From Rebecca billardiae RCC1528 (Eukaryota; Protista; Haptophyta): DNA of 64,000 bases. Positions within the stretch are counted from its first letter, which is position 1. Every line of letters begins with the position of its first letter. Of the stretch, positions 35,030-44,032 are shown in pieces. Below the pieces are notes generated by a model that saw nothing but the letters and a program-made list of their open reading frames with translations, was not told where the DNA came from and did not search any database. The stretch spans positions 1,433,352 through 1,497,351 of the forward strand of contig OZ251241.1 of NCBI GenBank assembly GCA_965240325.2, read 5' to 3'. Made by a program: the position numbers and the translations under genes.

Positions 35030-36191
35030 TGGGTGACTAATTCTATGATTTAAAGACACAGGCACGAGGGCGCAGCTCTCCTGATTCGTCTGTCGAAGTA
35101 CTGAATGGAGTTAATGGAGGATGTCGCTGGAGCGCGTTGGCCGCGGGTGAGGGAGTCGTCGTAACCGATGCTGATCACACGGTCACTGAGGTAGTAGGCG
35201 CCCGGGGATGCCGCTGTTTTGCAGTCGTCGTCGGCCTTGGTCATCATGTAGTTGCCCGCGTCGTCGTCGTCCCGAGGCTGTTCAAGTTGATGCCGTAGTG
35301 CGGGTAGTGGATGTGGTCGCCCGGGCCGGTGTGCGCGGCCTAGTGGCCTTGCCGAGTTGAGGGAGTAGTCGCCCTTGCCGTTGAGGAAGTCGTCGTCCTT
35401 GCCGTTGAGGAAGTCGTCGCCCTGGCCGCAGAGGAAGTCGTCGCCCTTGCCGTTGAGGAAGTCGTCGTCCTGGCCGCTGAGGGTGCCTGCGCTGCCCAAC
35501 CGGGCGCGTCTGGCGCGCCAGCGCCGCGCGCGGCTCTACGCCAGTGACGGCGGCACGGCGGCAGCCAGGTCACGGGGGGGGTCGGCGAGGGACGCGGTGC
35601 GAGCCTGCTTGGCCGGCTTGGCGTCGCTCCCGCCAGCGGAGGAGGGCCCATCCTCCTCCGCCGGCGTGGACGGCTCGGTCGCCGCGCGCTTGCCGGCTGC
35701 CGCGGCGCCGGGGGGCAGGACCAGGCGGTAGTTGGACTCCCCGAGCGCCGGCCTGGCCTGTTGCACCTCGGGCCCGTCCGACGGCGCGGCCGCGGTTGGC
35801 GGCTGGGGTGGCGGGATGGCATCGTCGGAACCCTCCCCCTCGGGCTCCTCCGCCTCCGGGCCGGCGGGGTCCGCCGCCTGTTGGTCGGCCGGCTGAGGAG
35901 CAGGGCGGCGCGCAGCGGCGGGCGGCGCGGGCGGCACAGGCGGCGCGGGCGGCACGCCCCACAGGTTGTGTGGGACGCGGGCGGCGCCGGCGATGCGGCG
36001 GCTCGGCTTGAGCGGCGCGAAGAAGATGGGGTGCTCGGGGTCGATGGGCATGAAACGGAGGCGGAGGAAGATCAGGTTCACACCACTGGGTGACTAATTC
36101 TATGATTTAAAGACACAGGCACGAGGGCGCAGCTCTCCTGATTCGTCTGTCGAAGTACTGAATGGAGTTAATGGAGGATGTCGGAGCGCGT
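35030..36191 (-). mobile_element. Nested insert bounded by identical 97-bp direct repeats (TRIM- or Penelope-pLTR-like)
   Basis: 35030-35126 is identical to 36087-36183; it interrupts the left arm of the foldback and contains Pro/Ala-rich ORF remnants on the minus strand. Confidence 0.7.
35347..35490. repeat. 24-bp minisatellite, about 6 units (encodes DDFLNGKG on the minus strand)
   Basis: Tandem gcccttgccgttgaggaagtcgtc variants. Confidence 0.9.
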
Positions 36192-36195
36192 GGGT

Positions 36196-36406
36196 GGTTA
36201 GCCGGGCGTCAAAAAAAGGCCTGCGACGGGCTGGTCCCCAGCGTGAAGTCGTGCCTTTGTTCTCGTGGGTTTCCAGAATATAGTCAAGTGTGCACGTTAT
36301 GAAACGTATACTTAAAACATATGATTCTGGAAACCCACGAGAACAAAGGCACGACTTCACGCTGGGGACCAGCCCGTCGCACGCCTTTTTTTGACGCCCC
36401 CTAACC
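36196..36406. repeat. Inverted repeat with about 80-bp arms (centre of the large foldback)
   Basis: GGGCGTCAAAAAAAGG...TTTCCAGAAT pairs with ATTCTGGAAA...CCTTTTTTTGACGCCC. Confidence 0.9.
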
Positions 36407-37596
36407 GACGGCCCGCCGGGTCACATATGCGCAATTCGCGTACCCACCTACACGCTCGATAGGACAAAACCCGCTCGTCGTTCGGCGCTTTGCGTACTCA
36501 CATTCGTGCGAATCGCATCGGCCCATCATTCGTCGTGTCGCGAGTTCAGTAGTTCACACTTGACATTCGCACGAACCGTCACTTTTTCGCTAGACATTTC
36601 ACGAGCGAAAGGGCGCGCTGATATTGGCACGCGGGCATCATCTTGCATTTGACATATGAGCGTCGGAGCAACCTCGCGCGGCCTCGCGTCGACGACGTCC
36701 CGTGAAGGACGAGAGGCGAGAGCCCACGCCATTCCAAGGGTCGCCCTTGATTCACGTCTCGTTCGGTCGCGCGACGAGCGGCTCGCGTGCGGCGCCAAGC
36801 GAGCGACGGGGGGCGCGCGGCGGGCGCACGCGCGAGGCTGCCCACCACGCGCACGCGCGCGAACCCGCCGGCTCGGGCGACACGCGCCGCCTCAGCTCGA
36901 GCACGAGCGCGAGGCGTGGCGCCGGCCCGGTCGGGCCGGGCGGAGGGCTCGAGCTGCCGACTGCGCGCGACGAGCGGCTCGCGTGCGGTGCCAGCGGATG
37001 AAGCGACACGCGCGGCGTGCGCATACGCGCAGGGCCGCCATCCACGCGCGAGCGCGCGACTGCGTGCCTTCCACGAGCTGCAGCAGGCGGCCGCGGGCTG
37101 GTCGGCGGACGGCAAGGTCGGCGGAGTGCCGCCCGCGGCCGGCGTTTCGCTTGGGCGCGGGCCACACTCTCACTCACAGCGCGGGGCGTGGTGCTGCAGA
37201 CGGGACAGCCATTGCAGCGCGCACTCCGTGCCCAGACGTGCACACGCGCGCGCGTCGTCAGCTCGCCGCTGCGCCCCTGTGGCGCCCATGGCAGCGTCGG
37301 AATGGCAGCGTCGGAATTCCGAGCTCGGGCAACCGGCCCGGCGTGCCATCGTGCGTTTCAGAAACAGGTTTCCAGCCCAAGTTGACGCGCAGCGCCAACC
37401 CATATAATCTGCTGTAGTAGTCGTAGTTAAAGCAGTCGCGATATAAATAAACCAAACCGAAAGTTGAGGTTGGGTGAGGGTGGTGGTTGGTTGGGGGCTG
37501 GCCAGGGTAGGGCTGGAGGCTTCGGCCGCCAGTCTGATCACCCGGAGCCCGTTATAATAAAGGGGAATTTATTATGAAAGCCCAAACGTACTGTCC

Positions 37597-37700
37597 TGCC
37601 TGAGCTGTGTGCGTCTCTTATTCTTAGTAAACTGTACCCAAATCCGGCCTATCCACTACAGTTTACTAAGAATAAGAGACGCACACACACAGCTCAGGCA
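37597..37700. repeat. AT-rich hairpin, 40-bp stem with a 20-nt loop
   Basis: 37597-37636 pairs with 37657-37700 (one 4-nt bulge). Confidence 0.9.
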
Positions 37701-38206
37701 CTCACTCCCCTCAGGCAGGCGACACGGTACTATCCATCGACTCTGTAACAGTATTCAGTAAAGTATGATACATCACTATCATCATCTAATAATGCGAGCA
37801 TAGTCAGTCGCCTCTGCTATCAAAATCTATTTAAAATATATATCGTGTTTATTTTATAGTTATAATTAATACAGCGCTATAAACGCCGTGCCCCCCGCAG
37901 AGGCCAAGCCCGGCTGGCGCGGACTTCACGGCCCGGGCCATCCGGGTGCCGCCGCCAGCTGGCACGGCGAGGGCCACTGCCAGTCTGAGGGCAGGTCAGC
38001 AGCGGGAGTCTGTGCCAGCGTGAACTCGAACGTGCATGACACGCTCCGACGCGCGGCCGCCCACCGGCGCGGTGCGGGCGGGCTCTGGCCCGCTGGCCGG
38101 GCGGCAGCCGCGCGCCACGCACGCAGTGGTGGCGGTGCGCGCCGTCAAGCCGCTGGCGGAGCGGTCGCGCCGTGTGCCGATGCGGCGCGCGCGATGCGAA
38201 GGCGGC

Positions 38207-39941
38207 TTATGCCGCGCCGGCCGACGGTGGCACGTGGCTGGGCGCGCCCGCCGCGCCCTCGTCCTCGCCGCCGGCCGGCCGCGGCCCGGCGTTGGCGGGC
38301 GTCGTCCGAGCGCGCGCCGCCGCGCTCAGCTGGTGCTCGTCCGCGCGCTCCCGCAGCGCAATGTCGGCCGGGCTGGACTCGTCCGGCGGCGGCACGGCGC
38401 GGCGCGGCGCGGCGCTGCCGTGCTCCGAGCCGCCGGCCTCGCTGCTCGCCGCGCCCTCGAGCGCGCTGAGCGGCAGCCCGCCCGGCGCGTAGATCGCCGT
38501 CTGCACGGGCACCGGCCCGTCCTCCTCCGCCTCGTCGCCGCCCGGGTTCACCACAATCAGCGTGGTCATCGGCTCGGGCGGGCCCTCCATCTTCTCGTTC
38601 CACTCGACCATGCCCGGGCCTGAGAGCTCGAGCGTGTTGATCGAGACGGTGGTGACGCTCGGGAGGAGCTGCTCGGCCTGCGTGGCGGAAGGGGGAAGGG
38701 TGGAGGGGAGGGCGGCGGGAGGGCAGCAGCGGCAGTCGCGGCGCGGGCGGCCGGCGCGGGGGCGGGCGCGCTGAGTGCCGGGGCCGGGGGCCGGACGCGC
38801 CGCGCGTGGCCGCCCGCCGCCCGCCGAGCCGCCGCCTCCCCACCCGCAGCCCGCCCGCCCGCGGCACCGGCGCCCAGCCGCCCGCGCCCCCCCCCGGACC
38901 ACCCGCCATCTCGCCCGGACCGGCCCGCGCTCGGCGCCGGACTCACCAGCTGCAGCCCGAACTCCTGCACCTGCTGGAACATGGTGGAGAAGGGGCGCGC
39001 GCGGAAGGTGACACCGATCGCGACGACGCAGACGAGCTCCATCAGCTGGTGGAGCATGAGGAAGACCCAGAGCGGCGCGTTGGTCACGTGCGTCGAGGTG
39101 TGGATCACCAGCTCCATCAGCACGTACGCCGCCGTCGCGACCGCCAGCCACTTGAACATCAAGTACTTGGAGTAGGCGGGCGTGGTCAGTGGGTCAATAT
39201 TGAGTGAGGACATGGCCAGTAGCTGGGACTTGAGGATGCGCAGGTTGGTGTAGATGGAGAAGACGACGTTGACGAGCATGCACACGTACGCCACCAGGAT
39301 CGGGATCATCCAGAGCACTGCGCACGCGCGAACGCGCCGCCGAGGTTGGAGTGAGGCGCAGCGCCCGGTACCGGCGGCAGGCGGCGCGGAGCGAGTGGAG
39401 GCGCGAGCGGCGCGCGAGGTGGCCGCGTGAGCGCGCGCGCGCGCGCGCGCAGGTGCACGCTCCCTCGGCACGCACGCGCGCGCGCGCGCACGCGCCGCGC
39501 CGCGCGCGTCCGGCACGCACGTGTGTTCCCGAACAGCTGGAAGACGACGGACGCGTACAGCAGGACGACGGTCACGACGATGATGCGGTTCTCTCCGTGG
39601 TGGAGCGAGTCGCGCGTGATGCACCAGCCCTTGGCGACGAGGAGGAGGCAGAGCAGGTTGAGCGGCTCCTTGAGGATCACCACCATCAGCAGCGCCGCCG
39701 CCACGAGCTGCGAGACGAACGACTCCCACGGGCACGAGCCGTAATAAAAGATGCACAGAAATGTGTAGAGGCACTCAACTGCCGGCAGCCACGTGAGCAT
39801 GCGGTGCATCGAGTTGGCGGAGGCGGCGTTCTTGTAGTAGGTGTTGAAGCACCAGCCCACGAGCACGAGCACCCATGAGAGGAAGAAGGGCACGAACACC
39901 GTCTGCACGTGCTCAAAGCGTGTGCAGTCGGGAGTCGACAT
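38207..39941 (-). CDS. GOST-family (GPR107/TMEM87/Lung_7-TM_R-like) multi-pass membrane protein
   Basis: LLLVAKGWCITRDSL motif and about 7 hydrophobic segments; introns at about 39521-39318 and 38947-38678. Confidence 0.7.
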
Positions 39942-40389
39942 GGCGGCTCTGGCGGCGCGCGCGCTCGCACGCGGCGGGCTGTGGGCAGGCTGCGGGCGAA
40001 GAGAGCGGCGCGGCGAGGTGCGCGCGACTCGCCCAGCCGGGTGGCACCGCCTCGCCCAGCTGGCGTTCGACGGCTGGCCCACGCGACCGCGAGGGTCTCT
40101 TTCCTGGCTAGAAAGGGGCAGGGGGCGGTGGCCGCCTCTTGCCCTAAATAAGCGAAGCGACCCGAGCTGGCGAGCGAGCTGGGCTCGAGAGCTTCTCTCC
40201 GGAGTCTGGAGTCACTGCGAGTCATCAGTCCCGCCATTGATGGGTCCGGGTTGTCTGACTGTGTAACTATCATAGGATGGGAATACAGTCGCCTCTTGAA
40301 TAGCGAATCGTCAACCGTCAGAGTCCGTGTGCACAGGCGGGTAAATTCACGAATTCCGCTCGGGAGTCGGGACTGGCCGCCATTTTGGA

Positions 40390-42144
40390 TTATTCACTGC
40401 CGTCCACGAGCAGCGCCGATTCGAGCCGCGTGCGCGGCTCACGCTCGTCGCCCCGCGCGCGCGACGGCGTGCGCCCGCCTGCGCGCGCGCGGCCTCTGCC
40501 GGCGTGCTCGGCGTCGAACCCCGCACCGCGGAAGCGCTCCGCACGGCCGCGCGCCGCCGCCGCCGCGCGCCGCCGCCTGAAGACGAGCGCGGCGGCGGCG
40601 ACAGCGGCGGCGATCGCCGTGGCCGCCACCACGCCGGCCGCGACGAGCGCGCGGGGCCGATGGGCGGCTCGACCGCCGAGCCCGTCGAGCCCCGCCGGGC
40701 GTCGCGCGCGCGGCCCCGCGCCCAGCCGCGCGAGCTCGCACGCGCCCGCCGAGCCGCACAGCGGCACGCCGCACAGCGAGCAGTGCGCGGGGATTGGGCC
40801 GAGGAGGGCAAAGACACCGCCGCCGTCGGGCGCGCACGCGCGCGCGCCCGCGCGCTGCGCGTCGGGCGTGCACAGCTCGTACGGCAGCGCGCAGCCGTCC
40901 CCGCCGCCGCCCTCCGCCCTCGCCAGCCCGTACGTCCGCGCGCCGAACTTGACTGCCGTCGACGGCGGCTGCGCGAAGTTTCCGAGAAGCTGCGGCTGCG
41001 TCGGCACCGGGTCATCGGCGTTGAACAGCCGGTAGTGCTCGGGGACGAGGGCGGCGTAGAGGGCGTTGAATGCGGCGTTGCCCACCTTGGGCTGGCCGAA
41101 CGTCACCACCGACGGCGCGCGCAGCCCCCACGGCGCGCGCGCGCCGCCGCCCGGCGCGCGCGCCATCGCCGCCGCGCACGGCGCGCCGCCGCCGCACGCC
41201 GGGTCGACACCGCGCCAGGATTGATCCCACATCGAGGCGAGGTCGAGCGCGGCGAGCGTGGCGAGCGCGCCGCCGAGCGAGTGGCCGAGCAGCACGAGCC
41301 GCGCGCCCTCGCCCGCGCCGCCGCCCCGCCGCCCGCGCGCCGCGCCGCCGCGCAGCGCGCGAGATTGTATCTCGTCGAGCGCGTCGTACAGCGCGCCCTG
41401 CAGCTCGGACCACACGGCCCAGAAGCCCTCGTGCACGGCGGCGTCGCGCCAGGGCGGGCCGAGGGCGCGGAACGGCCGCACCTCGCCCACGCGCACGTCC
41501 GCCGCCTCCGTCACCGCGCCCGCCGTCCCCTGGAACGCCACGAGCACGAGGCGCCGCGTTTCGTCAAACGCGGCGACCAGCGTTATGTCCGCGCGCGCCG
41601 CGCAGCGCGCGGTGGCGTAGGTGAGGGTGGGGAGGGCGGCACACGCGGCGCACGACCACGCGGCGAACGCGTCGTGCCACGCGTCGGCGCCGCGCGCCCA
41701 CGCCGCGCGGCAGCCGCCCCCGCGTGCGCTGCCGTGCGCGCAGTAGGGCAGCGACGCGACGCGCGCGTAGTAAGCCGCGTCCGCACGGACCAAGTCGTCC
41801 GCGCGCTCGTAGAGCGGCTCGTCGGCGGGGACGCCGGCGGGGAAGCCCGCGGGGAGGGGAGACTCTACCGGCGGCGCGCACCGGTCCCACCACCCCGACG
41901 TCGCCGCCGCCTTGCCCTCGTACCAGCGGCCGCAGTGCGCCGAGTCGGCGGCTGTGCCGACACCGAACGGACCGTCCGTCCAGCACCAGCCGCCATCGCC
42001 GCTGGCGAGGGGCACGCAGGCGCCGAGGCACACGCAGCCGCTCGCCGAGGGCTCGAGCCCCGTGAGCTGCAGCGCGCGCCCGCGCGGCGACAACGCGGCC
42101 GCGGCCGCGCCCAGCGCGGCGAGCGCGCTCAGGGCGAGGAGCAT
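40390..42144 (-). CDS. Class 3 lipase with signal peptide, small Cys/Trp-rich N-terminal module and C-terminal TM anchor
   Basis: LVAFQGT, VHEGF, LGHSLGGALATL, TFGQPKVGN, NADDPVP and IPAH motifs. Confidence 0.9.
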   Translation of the reverse strand: MLLALSALAALGAAAAALSPRGRALQLTGLEPSASGCVCLGACVPLASGDGGWCWTDGPFGVGTAADSAHCGRWYEGKAAATSGWWDRCAPPVESPLPAGFPAGVPADEPLYERADDLVRADAAYYARVASLPYCAHGSARGGGCRAAWARGADAWHDAFAAWSCAACAALPTLTYATARCAARADITLVAAFDETRRLVLVAFQGTAGAVTEAADVRVGEVRPFRALGPPWRDAAVHEGFWAVWSELQGALYDALDEIQSRALRGGAARGRRGGGAGEGARLVLLGHSLGGALATLAALDLASMWDQSWRGVDPACGGGAPCAAAMARAPGGGARAPWGLRAPSVVTFGQPKVGNAAFNALYAALVPEHYRLFNADDPVPTQPQLLGNFAQPPSTAVKFGARTYGLARAEGGGGDGCALPYELCTPDAQRAGARACAPDGGGVFALLGPIPAHCSLCGVPLCGSAGACELARLGAGPRARRPAGLDGLGGRAAHRPRALVAAGVVAATAIAAAVAAAALVFRRRRAAAAARGRAERFRGAGFDAEHAGRGRARAGGRTPSRARGDEREPRTRLESALLVDGSE

Positions 42145-42550
42145 GGCGGCCGGCCGCGGGATGATGTCCGGACTAAACAAGTAGTAACTGTATCATACAG
42201 AGCTTCATAAACCGCGGTTCAAAGCTTTGACGTTGCGTCGCTTTGGCCAAACTTCGAATCATTTCCGCTTTGTCATAGATCGCCGATAGTGAACTTCATA
42301 TGGAACGACGCTCGGAGAGAATTGTGTCGGAAGTAAAGCGTGAACACCGCGGGCGGGCCGCCAGCCGACCCGGTTAGTTCTTTCACTCATCAACTGTCTC
42401 TACCTACGGGCCCGTAGCCTAGGGTCTGCGATGATAGCAAATGATCGTACAGTCTGAGATGACGACATCGCCGACACTCTGGACATCGGAGTCACTGTCG
42501 TGTGCATGCGCGCTGGCCATGGCGCCGGGGCGCTCCGACCACAAAGCTGC

Positions 42551-43378
42551 TCAAGCGCCACCAAGTGTGACGGCGCGTGGCGGCGGCGCCGCGGCGGTCA
42601 CGCCGGCGCGGCCCGACGCGCCGGTCGGCGCGGCGCCCTTCAGGGGCTTTCTCTCCTCGATGTGCTCGAGCTCGACGAAGAGCTCCTGCAGGCAACGGAG
42701 GAACGTGCGCACCTGCGCGTGCAGCCGCGGCGGCGCCTCCGTCTTGTGCTCGCGCGCCAGCTCGCCCGAGGCGCGCTGCACATCCAGCGCGATCGCCATC
42801 AGGCGCTCGGCGGCGATGTATCCCGCGGCGCCCTTGCACGAGTGCACGGCCGTGTGCAGCTCGTCAAAGTCGGCGGCGGCGAGCGCGCGCTCGATGCGCT
42901 CGGGCACCAGCCGGTTCAGCTTCAGGAACATGGCGACCGCGTTGTTGATCAGCATCTTGTTGCCTGCGGCGCGCGGTGGGCAGGCGAGAGGGTGGCGGCG
43001 CCGCGAGTGAGATGGCATGTCGCGCCACGCCTCACCGGCCGCGCGCCCTGGCTCGCGCACTCGGTCGGCGCTTCGGCGCGCGCGCGTGCGCGCACGCGAG
43101 AAGATGGTCTGCATCTGCGCGTGATTCACGATGTGCTTATCGCTGATGGCCGCGTACTCAGCCTCGGCCAGCACGTCCAGATCGCTCGGCAACGGCGCCG
43201 CGCCGGCGGGCGCATCATCGGACGGCGGAGCCGCCATCGGCACCGGCGCCCGCTCGGGGGCGGGGGCAGAGGGCCTTGCCACCGTGTGGTCCGACGGGCC
43301 TTGTGAGTGCGCCTCCTCGGGCGTGCACGTGGGGGGGGAAGTCAGCATCACCATGTGATGAGTGGATGGCCTTCGCAA
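42551..43378 (-). CDS. Stand-alone histidine phosphotransfer (Hpt) protein
   Basis: LHTAVHSCKGAAGYIAAERL matches the H-x-x-K-G-(S/A)-(S/A) Hpt motif; probable in-frame intron at about 43095-42965; start uncertain. Confidence 0.8.
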   Translation of the reverse strand: MRRPSTHHMVMLTSPPTCTPEEAHSQGPSDHTVARPSAPAPERAPVPMAAPPSDDAPAGAAPLPSDLDVLAEAEYAAISDKHIVNHAQMQTIFSRARTRARRSADRVREPGRAAGEAWRDMPSHSRRRHPLACPPRAAGNKMLINNAVAMFLKLNRLVPERIERALAAADFDELHTAVHSCKGAAGYIAAERLMAIALDVQRASGELAREHKTEAPPRLHAQVRTFLRCLQELFVELEHIEERKPLKGAAPTGASGRAGVTAAAPPPRAVTLGGA

Positions 43379-44032
43379 GGTTGCGACCGGATGAAAGCGC
43401 TCTCAAGCACCGGTGCACCCGCTTGGTGAAAAGGCGTCTTTGGTTCGGCCTTCATGATCACAACGGGCGGAATTGCAAGTGTGCTTCCTCAATAGTTGTG
43501 CGTGGGTAGGAGCCGGGTTGGGGCGACGACGATGCTAATAGCTGCGCTTCCACGCGAAAAGCTTCCAACTATTCAAATACCTGTCATCTCACATTTTGAT
43601 GTTCGAAGGATTTTGACGACTCCATTCATATAGTATGGTGTAGGTCTCGATCGAACGTCGACGAATTTGCTGGAATCTGAAAAGCCCATTCGGTGATTAC
43701 ATGGACCTGACTTGCACTATGATATTTGTGTTCCGTCATCAGATCCTTCCTTTCTGTTGAATTCCCGTTGATGACGCGCGCCACATGATAAGGTTTCGTC
43801 CGCCACGGCTACCCCCATTACCCCATTGCCCGGACTCCACACACGGCCATTGTGGCAGACTGCCGGACTCAGACTGGTGAGCACTGAGCAGCAGTGTACG
43901 GCATTGCGCCCGGACCACTCTCAACTCGCTCGACTCGGCTCGAACGCGGAACGCCGCCCAACGGCGTGCGCCTCGCCAAGCGGAGCTCCTCCGCGGCGCG
44001 GCGCAAGGCGCGGAGTGCGCGGACGAGGCGCG

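Larger units (their letters stand above)
34040..37401. mobile_element. Large foldback DNA transposon (GGG...CCC termini, about 1-kb inverted arms)
   Basis: GGGTTGGCGCTGCGCGTCAACTTGGGCTGGAAACC at 34040 and its reverse complement ending at 37401, flanked by ATAT on both sides. Arms about 34040-35022 and 36415-37401; central hairpin 36196-36406. Confidence 0.88.

Noticed and set aside
35347-35490. Possible CRISPR array
   Set aside because: Head-to-tail 24-bp units with no unique spacers and no cas genes; eukaryotic context.
40390-42144. Lipase as an EDS1/PAD4-like TIR-signal receptor
   Set aside because: The signal peptide and TM place the lipase domain outside the cytosol, and no EP domain is present.
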